A stretch of DNA of 32,000 bases from an uncultured Chloroflexia bacterium (lineage in GTDB: Bacteria; Chloroflexota; Ktedonobacteria; Ktedonobacterales; JADMIN01), in NCBI GenBank assembly GCA_963718915.1, contig CAVRAI010000001.1:180001-212000 (forward strand), in the 5' to 3' direction. The first letter of the stretch is position 1. Each line of letters begins with the position of its first letter. The position numbers were made by a program, and so were the translations under genes. This document shows, piece by piece, positions 1 to 8,058 of the stretch. Below the pieces are notes generated by a model. That model was not told the DNA's origin. It did no database searches and was given only the letters and a program-made list of their open reading frames with translations.

Positions 1-230
1 GCAGTATAGCACATGCGCCGGAAGCGAGCAGCGCCAGCCAGTAGGAGACTCGCATAGCGTGATGATTCCCGCAGATGACAAGTCAACCATCGGTCAAAAC
101 GCCTTCAACTGCCATTCCAAATTATTTGGCATAATCGATAGTAGGAGGCACTGTGTGCTTGACACTCTATCTCCTATGAACTATCTGACTGCAAGCGACA
201 GAGAACATATGGGAAGGGCTGGCGATTCAT

Positions 231-2792
231 ATGCATGTAGGCAGTAATAGCCAAGGGCATTCGTTCTATGAGTGTTTTGTAAGCTCAACCTCGGTGGATT
301 TGCCTGCTTATCGGGAAGCCATGCGTCGGGCGATAGAGACGCTCCGCCAACATCCGCTGATGATGGAGGACTTCGGAGCCCAGGACGGTGATGCTACCGT
401 TGTCTCGACTGCAGAGGTAGCCAACGCAGATATCTTCCTGCTTGTCGTGGCCTGGCGTTATGGCCATGTGCCCAATGGCGAGACGCGTTCCGTGACCCAC
501 CTAGAATATCTGGAGGCTGTACGCTTAGGCAAGCCGCGCCTCGTCTTCCTGGCCGCTCCTGAGACGTCCTCACGCGACGACATTTTCCCCTTTGCCACGC
601 GCGACAACCAATATGCTGAGGCGCTTCAGGCCTTCCGGGAGTCAGTGGAGCGGGACAGAGTAGCGGCGTACTTTACCTCTCCAGAGGAGTTGGAGCGCGC
701 TGTTATCCGAGCGCTCAGCGGGTATCTCCGCACCCATGTTCCTGGCCAGGATATGAATACTCGACCGCAGCTCGACTTGCCACTTCCCCGTGATGTGGTA
801 GACCGCGATCTGCTCCCAATGGGCGACCGCGCGGCTGCTTCCTTCAGGTATTTGAGCGATCCTATCCAAGAGCAATTTGATGATGCCCAGACTTTGCTTT
901 CGGCTGCGAGTCAGGGTGACGGCCCAAAGTCCGGCATCATAATCTATGGCGAGGCGAATGCAGGTAAAACTCGCATGGCCCTCGAGGTTCTACAGGCCAC
1001 ATTGCCGGATTGGCCTGTCCTTGTCTGGAGTGCCTCGACACCGATTGAGCGCGAGCCTAGCGCTGCCGTCCTCCAAGACCGCAATCTCGTCCTCCTTCTG
1101 GATGATCTGCCCTATTTCGTTGCGGCTACATCTAGTGGATTGGGACCTCCTGCGCCGGGGCTCGCTGATGCCGCGGCACGGTTGCGCACTTTGATACCAT
1201 CGCTCCGCCAGCATCTGCATAGACTTGTGATAGTGGCTACTTGCCGCATCGAGGGCAAACTACGCGTGCAATCTGGCCTCAATTGGCTGCTAGATGAATT
1301 GGCCGAGGTGAGCATCCCTACATTTGCAAGTAGTGAAGAGGCCGAGAATATCAAGTCTCTATTCTCTGCCCAAGATGCCCCGTCAGCTGAGCAGTTCGAC
1401 GGTACAATCGGTTCCTGTGTCTTGGGTTTGCGAAAGAAGCGCGAGCAATACGCGGACTTCGTCGCGCAGGGCAGTCATGCTGGTGTTGTCCTGCATGCCA
1501 TGAAGTTACTCAATATACATGGTATTCGGGAGCATACTGAGACGCGTATAAGACACATCTGTTCCGGCGTATTTGGTGAGCGCGCCGTGGTTGAAGAGGA
1601 AAAGATATGGCGCGAGGTAGCTGCGGAACTTATTAGACTTCAGTTCGTTACCCAGGATATTGGGGAGGAATCGGAGGAGCCGACGCTCACCATTCGCAAG
1701 GACGCTTATCTCGATCGTGCTGTCATTGACTACCCATTTGAGGGCCAGCGATACCAATTCGAGCAAGACCGACGACGGCTACTCGACGTATTAGTTGGCT
1801 TACAAGACGGGTCGGCACTAATTTCCGCCGTCGCAGCCTTCATCGACTATGCCCAGTATCACGAAGCGTTAGCTGTCTGCGATCGCGTCATCGAATTTGA
1901 TCCATCCAACTTCTTGATATGGACACTAAAAGCGTATGCGCATCTTGGGCTTCACGACAATGAAGTCGCCGCCGCCGCCGCAGATCGTGGTATCGAGATC
2001 GAGCCAGAGTTTGCATACCTTTGGCTCATTCGTGCGGGCGCACTTATGGAACTCAAGCAGTATGAAAATTCGCTTCGAGCGATTGAGCAGGCTCTTGCAA
2101 TGGAACCCGATCTTGACGAGGATCCGCTTACCCAAAGACCACAAGTCGTAGCCTTACTTGGGCTTGGTCGAAACGAGGAAGCGCTGCTGGTCGGCGAGCA
2201 GGCTGCCAAACTTCATTCAGATGACGTTACTTCGTGGTTGTTGTATTCGAAGGCCTTGATCAGTACCGAGCGGTTTGTGGAGGCGTTAGAGGCAGTCGAG
2301 CATGCTTTCCGGTTTATCCCGGAGATTCAGGCAGGATGGGCAGAAATAGGAAAGTTCTTAGATACATTTGGTCTCCCGCAGGCGACTATTGATACTTTCG
2401 AGCAGGGAGTTGCAGAGTTTTGGCTCACGAAGGCTGCAGCACTTGGAGGACTTGAAAGATACGAGGAGGCGCTGACTGCTTGTGATGAGGTGTTCAGTCG
2501 GTTACCGGACAATGGCCCACTCAACGGCGCTACCTGGTCGATCCAGGCGTTCGCTCTGAATGCCCTTGAGCGCCGTGACGAGGCATTGACCTCTATCGAG
2601 CGTGCCCTAGAATTCAACCCCGCTGACACCGATTCGTGGTCAGAGAAGGGGGAGATTCTGGCCTCGCTAGGTCGCTATGATGAGGTAATACAGGCGTACG
2701 ATGAGTTACTGCGCCTGGCTCCGGACAATGAGTCTTGCTGGGATAGTAAATGCAATGCTCTCGGAAGCTGGGACGGTGGGAGGAGGCGTTAG
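231..2792 (+). CDS. DUF4062 (TIR-like) / STAND-type P-loop NTPase / TPR-repeat protein; reading frame breaks near 2760
   Basis: 853-aa ORF with an ATG at 231. The N-terminus (FVSSTSVDLPAYREAMRRAIETL ... IFLLVVAWRYGHV ... THLEYLEAVRLGKPRLVFL) fits the DUF4062 pattern. Walker A is GEANAGKT (nt 945-971) and a Walker B-like LVLLLDD follows. The C-terminal half is a run of 34-aa TPR-like repeats. G+C is visibly lower (about 50-55%) than in backbone genes. Confidence 0.8.
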   Translation: MHVGSNSQGHSFYECFVSSTSVDLPAYREAMRRAIETLRQHPLMMEDFGAQDGDATVVSTAEVANADIFLLVVAWRYGHVPNGETRSVTHLEYLEAVRLGKPRLVFLAAPETSSRDDIFPFATRDNQYAEALQAFRESVERDRVAAYFTSPEELERAVIRALSGYLRTHVPGQDMNTRPQLDLPLPRDVVDRDLLPMGDRAAASFRYLSDPIQEQFDDAQTLLSAASQGDGPKSGIIIYGEANAGKTRMALEVLQATLPDWPVLVWSASTPIEREPSAAVLQDRNLVLLLDDLPYFVAATSSGLGPPAPGLADAAARLRTLIPSLRQHLHRLVIVATCRIEGKLRVQSGLNWLLDELAEVSIPTFASSEEAENIKSLFSAQDAPSAEQFDGTIGSCVLGLRKKREQYADFVAQGSHAGVVLHAMKLLNIHGIREHTETRIRHICSGVFGERAVVEEEKIWREVAAELIRLQFVTQDIGEESEEPTLTIRKDAYLDRAVIDYPFEGQRYQFEQDRRRLLDVLVGLQDGSALISAVAAFIDYAQYHEALAVCDRVIEFDPSNFLIWTLKAYAHLGLHDNEVAAAAADRGIEIEPEFAYLWLIRAGALMELKQYENSLRAIEQALAMEPDLDEDPLTQRPQVVALLGLGRNEEALLVGEQAAKLHSDDVTSWLLYSKALISTERFVEALEAVEHAFRFIPEIQAGWAEIGKFLDTFGLPQATIDTFEQGVAEFWLTKAAALGGLERYEEALTACDEVFSRLPDNGPLNGATWSIQAFALNALERRDEALTSIERALEFNPADTDSWSEKGEILASLGRYDEVIQAYDELLRLAPDNESCWDSKCNALGSWDGGRRR

Positions 2793-2980
2793 AGGCCTAT
2801 GAGCAGGCGCTCGAACTAGACCCAGACAATGCGACATATTGGGTTGACAAGGGCGTTGCTCTGGCACGCCTGGGACGACCTCCAGAGGACCGGCTGGCGG
2901 CCTACGATGCAGCGCTAGCGCATAACCCAAACGATGCCACTGCATGGAATAATCGCGGCATCACTCTTTACGCCCTCAAG
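2765..2980 (+). pseudogene. Continuation of the TPR array of the previous gene in another frame (apparent 1-nt indel), then abrupt truncation
   Basis: ORF 2750..3019 reads LGRWEEALEAYEQALELDPDNATYWVDKGVALARLGRPPEDRLAAYDAALAHNPNDATAWNNRGITLYALK. These are perfect TPR units continuing the CWDSK..AL unit of the 231..2792 frame. The TPR signal stops after YALK, at about nt 2980. Confidence 0.65.
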
Positions 2981-3545
2981 TGCGGCTACCCGGCCTCATT
3001 CTCCTTGCAGCCACCCTGACTACGGCTGTGCAGTCACTTGCTTCTTTCGGCCTCGGTGCAGTAAACACACCAAGCCATTTGCTCACCATGCCCCTCGGCA
3101 AGGTAGTCGTCAGTCATCCACTGCCTAGCGCACTCGTGGTAGCTGCCTGCCTGCTGCTTGCGCTTTTCAGTCACTTCCTAGCGCTCCGTTCCAATCCATC
3201 CGACAGTTCTGCCGCGTTGAGCGCTCACGCATCGACTGGTATTGAACCCACCGAACGCAGTGTGAAGTAACCAGTAACAGGACTTGCCTGGACATAGGTC
3301 GCTAACGTTGTTCTCACGGTTACTCCATCTCCACCGTATGGACCTAGACTGGTAGTGACTGATCTCACCCGCCACCAGTTCCAAGCATTCGCCTCATGAA
3401 ATTTCCTCTGCCATGGTGAACGCTTGCCGGCGAAGGCCGCTTCAGGCAAGGCATCCAGCGCCAATCAACAAGAGGCGCATGCGATGGTTCGGATGGTCAG
3501 GTAAATTCAAAAGGAGAAGATGAGGAAGGAAAAGGAGCGCGAACC

Positions 3546-3866
3546 ATGGCGATCAAAGAGGGCTGGCGCGGACGCTTCTTCGAGGACTTCGCTGTAGGCG
3601 ATGTCTACCAGCACCCGCTGGGGCGCACGGTCACCACGACCGATAACCTGTGGTTCACGCTGCTCACACAGAACACCGCCCCGATCCACTTCGACCACCA
3701 TTACGCGGCCCAGACCGCGTTCGGCAGGCCGCTGGTGGACTCGACCTTCACGCTGGCGCTGGTGACCGGGCAGAGCGTCACCGATATCTCGCAGAACGTC
3801 TTCGCCAATCTCGGCTGGGACGACGTGCGGCTCCCACAGCCCGTATTCGAGGGCGACACGATCTAC
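3546..3866 (+). pseudogene. MaoC-like (R)-hydratase / hot-dog fold dehydratase, N-terminal fragment interrupted by IS insertion
   Basis: The sequence MAIKEGWRGRFFEDFAVGDVYQHPLGRTVTTTDNLWFTLLTQNTAPIHFDHHYAAQTAFGRPLVDSTFTLALVTGQSVTDISQNVFANLGWDDVRLPQPVFEGDTIY is typical MaoC dehydratase sequence. Similarity ends after GDTIY (nt 3866). An RBS AAGGAG lies upstream of the ATG at 3546. Confidence 0.8.
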
Positions 3867-3932
3867 CGAAAAATCGGGCTGGGCCTTGGCTTGAGCTACG
3901 GACAGAGACGGGAAAAGCCGATAGGGCTACTC

Positions 3933-3961
3933 TTGACAGGCAAGCGCTTGTCTCCTATACT
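3933..3961 (+). promoter_or_regulatory. Near-consensus sigma-70 type promoter inside the IS left end, positioned for a leaderless tnpB mRNA
   Basis: TTGACA (3933-3938), a 17-nt spacer, then TATACT (3956-3961). The tnpB ATG at 3968 lies 7 nt after the -10 hexamer and no Shine-Dalgarno is present. Confidence 0.5.
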
Positions 3962-3967
3962 GGCCAC

Positions 3968-5140
3968 ATGAGTTATCGTACGATAGAAGTTGTGTGGCTC
4001 CCACGCACCAGCGCCGATTGGGCCACCTTCAGCGCCAGCCGCCAAGAGGCGGCACGGCTCTGGAATGATCTGGTGCGACGCCATCATCGTCTTCGCCGCC
4101 TGGCGTGGAAATGGCCCAGCAAGGCGCGCTGGCAACGCTGGGCCATCACCCCCGCGCGTCGCTATACTGGTTTGTCCGCGCAATCCACCCAGCAGATTAT
4201 CGGCGAGTTCTGCGAGGCCGTGGACTCGTGCCGCCAGTTGCGCAAGAACGGGCAGGCAGAGGCGCGCTATCCATGGCGTTTGCGCCGTTATCACGATATC
4301 GTCTATACCAACCAGGACGCGCGTATCCGCGACGGGTGGCTCATCCTGCCCCATGGCGCCAGTGGCACATTACGCATTCGTCTGCCCAGTACCATTACCC
4401 TGCCCGGACGGCTGATTGAAGTGCGCTTGTCGTACGGCCTCGTACGTCTGATCTGCGAGGTACCCGACGCGCAGCGCCCCCAAGCAACTGTGATCGGTGT
4501 GGATCTGGGGGTGAATACTCTGATCGCTGCCACGGATGGGCGAAAGGTCATCCTCATTAGCGGGCGCGCGGCCAAGGCGACCGTCCAATACCGCAACAAG
4601 CGGCTGGCCAGCATCCAGCATGCGCAAGCAGGCAAATCCAAAGGCTCGCGTCGCCACAAGCGCTTGCAACGCCGCAAATACCGGCTGCTGGACAAGACAG
4701 CGCGGCGCATCCGTGATCTGTGCCACAAGGCCACGCGGCAGGTCGCCGAGGCGTTCCCCGGCGCGCTGTGCTATGTGGGTGAGCCGTTCAACGCGGCTGC
4801 CCGGCGTATCGGACGAGTCCAGGCTCAGCAAGTGAGTACGGCGTGTACCCGCAAACTCATCCAGCAACTTGACTACAAGGCGGCTGGGGTGATCACCCTC
4901 GGCGAAAGCTATTCCTCGCAGACGTGCCCCGTATGCGGGGAGCGGAGCAAGCACCGCAGGATTTACCACTGCCCCACGTGTGGGGCAACGGCCCCACGGG
5001 ATGCTGTGGGTGCAGTCAATATCCTGTCCCTCGGCGTCCATGGCGCCATGCTTCCAGGTCGCGCTATTCCACAGCGCATCAAGTATCTGCACCCTTGGTG
5101 CAGTAGTTCCGGCGGACACCCGGCACGTAGCTCGGCCTAG
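3968..5140 (+). CDS. tnpB: TnpB (IS200/IS605 OrfB) RNA-guided endonuclease family protein, 390 aa
   Basis: The protein runs MSYRTIEVVWLP... with RuvC-like motifs VIGVDLGVNTL, CYVGEPF and RDAVGAVNI. A zinc ribbon CPVCGERSKHRRIYHCPTCG is present. The upstream part of ORF 3650..5140 is out-of-frame read-through of the MaoC fragment and is not part of the gene. Confidence 0.9.
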   Translation: MSYRTIEVVWLPRTSADWATFSASRQEAARLWNDLVRRHHRLRRLAWKWPSKARWQRWAITPARRYTGLSAQSTQQIIGEFCEAVDSCRQLRKNGQAEARYPWRLRRYHDIVYTNQDARIRDGWLILPHGASGTLRIRLPSTITLPGRLIEVRLSYGLVRLICEVPDAQRPQATVIGVDLGVNTLIAATDGRKVILISGRAAKATVQYRNKRLASIQHAQAGKSKGSRRHKRLQRRKYRLLDKTARRIRDLCHKATRQVAEAFPGALCYVGEPFNAAARRIGRVQAQQVSTACTRKLIQQLDYKAAGVITLGESYSSQTCPVCGERSKHRRIYHCPTCGATAPRDAVGAVNILSLGVHGAMLPGRAIPQRIKYLHPWCSSSGGHPARSSA

Positions 5141-5160
5141 CGTGCTAGCCGAGAATCCCC
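4990..5160 (+). ncRNA. Putative omega RNA (reRNA) scaffold overlapping the tnpB 3' end and right end; extent is a guess
   Basis: In characterised TnpB elements the guide RNA scaffold overlaps the 3' end of tnpB and the right end. Here a terminal hairpin (5131-5153) straddles the tnpB stop codon (5138-5140). No covariance model was run. Confidence 0.3.
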
Positions 5161-5176
5161 CAGATTTAACTGCGGG

Positions 5177-5290
5177 GAGTGTCACAACCAGGATGGCGTC
5201 GTCGTCATCACGTTTCAGCGCACGATCATGGTCTACAAGCGTGGCCATGCGCCCGAAATCCCTCGGCTTGGCCCAGTGGAGAGCCAGTGA
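5177..5290 (+). pseudogene. MaoC-like dehydratase, C-terminal fragment
   Basis: This frame gives ECHNQDGVVVITFQRTIMVYKRGHAPEIPRLGPVESQ*, the typical C-terminal strands of MaoC hot-dog proteins. About 15-20 residues expected between GDTIY and NQDG are not cleanly recoverable. A different frame at 5148-5190 reads AENPPDLTAGSVTTR. Confidence 0.7.
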
Positions 5291-5460
5291 AAGCCATCTG
5301 ATTGCCTCCCCGGCACGCACCCGAGTGTCTGGGTGGCGATGATCGAGGGCGGTTCGGTTGGCATCCGAGGCGTGGCAATATGCCAGGTCGATACTTCATA
5401 CTGGCGAGGAGGCAGCAGCCATACACGAGATAGCGGCGAGAAACAGAGAGGGGCGATACG

Positions 5461-6915
5461 ATGAAGGTGAAGATGATCTTACCCGCGCTGACCGAGGCGC
5501 TCAGCCCCTACTTCCGCCCCATCAAGTATTCGCTCTTCCCGCCGCTCGGCCTGGCGACGCTCGCGGGCTATCTGGACGCCGACGACGAGGTGACGCTCCA
5601 GGACGAGCATGTGGAGCGGCTCGACCTGGACGACGAGCCAGACCTGGTGGTCATCCAGGTCTATATCACCTCGGCCTCCCGCGCCTATGCGCTCGCCGAT
5701 CACTATCGCGCCAGAGGGGCGTACGTCGCGCTGGGCGGGCTGCACGTCACCTCGCTGCCGCGGGAAGCCGCCCAGCATGCGGATAGCATCTTTCTCGGCC
5801 CCGGCGAGGACACCTGGCCAACCTTCCTGGCAGACTACCGGGCAGGACACCCGGCGCCAGTCTACACATCGACCGTGCGCACACTGCAGGGTATCCCACG
5901 CATCCGGCGCGACCTGATCAAGCGGAGCCACTACCTCGTGCCTAACTCCATTGTGGTATCTCGCGGCTGCCCGCATGTCTGCGACTTCTGCTATAAAGAG
6001 GCCTTTTTCAAAGGGGGCAAATCGTTCTACACGCAACAGGTGGACGACGCGCTCGGCGAGATCGCGCGGCTGCCCGGACGGCATCTCTACTTCCTCGACG
6101 ATCACCTCTTCGGCAATCCACGGTTCGCGGCGAGCCTCTTCGAGGGCATGCGCGGGATGGGGCGACTGTGGCAGGCGGCAGGCACGGTGCAGTCGGTGGT
6201 GCGGCCGGGATTATTGGAGCAGGCCGCCGCGTGTGGTCTGCGCAGTCTCTTTGTCGGCTTCGAGACGCTCAATCCCGCGAACCTGCGGGAGCAGCGCAAA
6301 TACCAGAATCTCAACCGTGACTACTCCGCCGCCATCCGTCGCCTGCACGACCTCGGCGTCATGGTCAACGCGAGCTTCGTCTTCGGCATGGATGAGGACG
6401 ACGTGAGCGTCTTTGATCGGACCATCGAGTGGGCCGTTAGCCAGGGCATCGAGACGGCAACTTTCCACATTTTGACGCCCTATCCCGACACCGCTCTCTA
6501 CAAACGCATGGAGTCGCAGGGACGGCTGCTCCATAGCAACTGGGACCTCTACGACACGCGCCATGTCGTCTACCGCCCGGCCAAATTGACGCCCGAGGCG
6601 CTGGAGTCGGGCTACTGGCGCGCGTACCGGGACTTCTACCGCTGGAGCGCGATTGTGCGCGGGGCAGGCGCCCATGAGCGCTGGGGCGAACGCTTGCGCC
6701 ATGTCGCCTATGCTGGTGGCTGGAAGAAGTGCGAGCCGATGTGGGATCTCATTATCCGCGCCAAACGCGCATCAAGCATGCTCCCGGTTCTTGAGACGGT
6801 GCTGGCGGCGTTCGGCTCGCGTCGCCCACTGCGCGAAAGCGCCCCCGAGCCGGAGACGCTGCCTGTGCCTGTGCCTATACCTGAGCGTTGCGCCCCCTCG
6901 CCTGATGTTGCCTGA
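5461..6915 (+). CDS. B12-binding domain-containing radical SAM protein (class B radical SAM)
   Basis: 484 aa. The N-terminal B12-binding-like domain reads ILPAL...PPLGLATLAGYL...VVIQVYITSA. The radical SAM cluster motif is CPHVCDFC followed by GGKSFY. The C-terminal region is like DUF4070. An RBS GAGAGGGG lies upstream. Confidence 0.85.
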   Translation: MKVKMILPALTEALSPYFRPIKYSLFPPLGLATLAGYLDADDEVTLQDEHVERLDLDDEPDLVVIQVYITSASRAYALADHYRARGAYVALGGLHVTSLPREAAQHADSIFLGPGEDTWPTFLADYRAGHPAPVYTSTVRTLQGIPRIRRDLIKRSHYLVPNSIVVSRGCPHVCDFCYKEAFFKGGKSFYTQQVDDALGEIARLPGRHLYFLDDHLFGNPRFAASLFEGMRGMGRLWQAAGTVQSVVRPGLLEQAAACGLRSLFVGFETLNPANLREQRKYQNLNRDYSAAIRRLHDLGVMVNASFVFGMDEDDVSVFDRTIEWAVSQGIETATFHILTPYPDTALYKRMESQGRLLHSNWDLYDTRHVVYRPAKLTPEALESGYWRAYRDFYRWSAIVRGAGAHERWGERLRHVAYAGGWKKCEPMWDLIIRAKRASSMLPVLETVLAAFGSRRPLRESAPEPETLPVPVPIPERCAPSPDVA

Positions 6916-6978
6916 TGTTGCCTGATGTCGCCTGATGTCGCCTGATGTCGCCTGATGTCGCCTGATGTCGCCTGATGG
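6901..6978. repeat. 10-bp tandem repeat CCTGATGTYG, 7 full copies plus an 8-nt partial copy
   Basis: Read directly from the sequence: 2 x CCTGATGTTG, 5 x CCTGATGTCG, then CCTGATGG. The radical SAM stop codon (6913-6915) lies inside copy 2. Confidence 0.95.
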
Positions 6979-7066
6979 ACGTTGTGGAGAGGATCGAGCC
7001 GAGAGACCATACCTCTGAGGGCGGAGATGGTGTGGGCTGGCGTTGCATCCAGCTGAATTGGGGAGA

Positions 7067-7094
7067 ACCCGGACTGGTTGATTCCAGCCCGGGT
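7067..7094. terminator. Candidate bidirectional hairpin terminator between convergent genes
   Basis: ACCCGGACTGG - ttgatt - CCAGCCCGGGT forms an 11-bp stem with one mismatch. No clear U-tract follows. Confidence 0.4.
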
Positions 7095-7108
7095 GAATCG
7101 CTGGTGGC

Positions 7109-7747
7109 TTACGGCTTCAGTTCGATCAGGCGCTCTGCCAGCGCCTCGCGGTGACCCTGGGCATTCAGGTCGAAGACTGGCATTGCCGGAGTGGCGCCCT
7201 CCTCCTCGATAATGAAATCACAGTCAGCGAAAGGGTGGCCACACTCCTCCAGCAGGAGCGATAGATCGCCAGGCAGGACATAGACATCGAGCAGATCGGA
7301 ATCGATCAGCGTCGTGGCGACGATGTCGATTAGCTTCTCGGCCATGTCAGCCTGATAGCCCTCCCGCACGAAGCGTTCGAGCAGCTTGTCGAGGGCGCGC
7401 TCGCCTTCATAGCGCCGTCGCCGAATCTCCTCATTGCTATAGCGCGCACGATAGCGGCTCCAGTGTGACGGATCGAGCGTTGACTCCGGCAACAGGTGGG
7501 CTGACTCATCGCCATCGCCGGTCGGGACATATTCCAGTTCTTCCGGGATGCGCAGATGGCGAAAGAAACAAATCGCATCGCCGAAGTCGGCAAAGTAAGT
7601 ACACCATTCACCCATCGGAATCGCGCGCGCGGACTCGAAGATAACACACGATGTGGGCGACAATCCCTCATCCCATGGCGCCACTCTGCACTCAGGCGTC
7701 ATAGCATCCTGCCAACGCTGCTGGTACTCTGCTAATGTTCTGCTCAT
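7109..7747 (-). CDS. Hypothetical acidic cytoplasmic protein, no family recognised
   Basis: The 214-aa ORF in the track starts at a TTG (7753). An ATG at 7747 with GAGAGGT upstream is the more likely start. Composition is coding-like and no motif was recognised. Confidence 0.55.
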   Translation of the reverse strand: MSRTLAEYQQRWQDAMTPECRVAPWDEGLSPTSCVIFESARAIPMGEWCTYFADFGDAICFFRHLRIPEELEYVPTGDGDESAHLLPESTLDPSHWSRYRARYSNEEIRRRRYEGERALDKLLERFVREGYQADMAEKLIDIVATTLIDSDLLDVYVLPGDLSLLLEECGHPFADCDFIIEEEGATPAMPVFDLNAQGHREALAERLIELKP

Positions 7748-8058
7748 GGCCAATACCTCTCATCGAAGGTGGAGCGGCGAGAACGAGCTGTATCCCGCCC
7801 GTCGTCTTCCCGCTACGGCAATGTAAGACCAGCGCCCAATGCTGGTCGTGGCGGCATTTTTCAGGCACACGCTGGTACCTGTCGTGTCCTCAATGACACA
7901 TGATCTCACGTCGAATCATGCCAAGCGCCACATCTGCACATCTGCTGTATACCGTATTTGACGCAGCGCACTCGCTCTAACTCTAAGGCTGTTTCGACCT
8001 GTCCGATTCATTCGACCCAACACCTAACAGGACAATCGCGATCAACCATCGGCGCTGC

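Larger units (their letters stand above)
3867..5160 (+). mobile_element. TnpB-only IS200/IS605-family (IS1341-like) element, no tnpA; boundaries approximate
   Basis: The element splits the MaoC gene into 3546-3866 and about 5177-5290. It carries a single tnpB ORF, a palindrome CAAGCGCTTG near the left end (3941-3950) and an imperfect hairpin CTCGGCCTAGC/GCTAGCCGAG at the right end (5131-5153). Confidence 0.75.

Noticed and set aside
1-55. Possible 5' end of a minus-strand gene leaving the window (MRVSYWLALLASGACAIL, signal-peptide-like)
   Set aside because: Only 18 codons are visible, there is no Shine-Dalgarno, and the lipobox is imperfect, so the evidence is too thin to call.
159-187. Possible promoter TTGACA-17 nt-TATCTG upstream of the DUF4062 gene
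   Set aside because: The -35 is perfect but the -10 is poor, and the position relative to the start (about 45 nt) is unremarkable, so it was not called as a feature.
3650-3967. N-terminal extension of the TnpB ORF back to 3650
   Set aside because: This part is an out-of-frame read-through of the MaoC fragment and the IS left end. TnpB homology begins at MSYRTIEV (ATG 3968), directly behind a promoter.
4370-5320. 316-aa minus-strand ORF across the tnpB region
   Set aside because: It is antisense to a clearly recognisable TnpB gene. Its composition is low-complexity and Arg-rich, and it spans the IS/host junction, which a real gene would not do.
5291-5460. Cobalamin riboswitch upstream of the B12-binding radical SAM gene
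   Set aside because: Small hairpins are present (GGCAT...ATGCC, GCCAG...CTGGC), but I could not find a B12-box-like core or the expected multi-helix layout.
6901-6978. Possible CRISPR array
   Set aside because: The units are only 10 bp and directly abutting with no spacers. There are no cas genes other than the unrelated TnpB.
6708-7010. 100-aa minus-strand ORF translating the 10-bp repeat as HQATSGDIR repeats
   Set aside because: It is an artefact of the tandem repeat staying open in that frame. The 10-bp unit cycles through all three frames and there is no start context.
7827-7860. Hairpin GACCAGC-gcccaat-GCTGGTC followed at a distance by TTTTT
   Set aside because: The T-run is 12 nt from the stem. 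The hairpin lies about 210 bp downstream of the DUF4258 stop codon on the minus strand and there is no plus-strand gene upstream of it, so its function as a terminator is doubtful.
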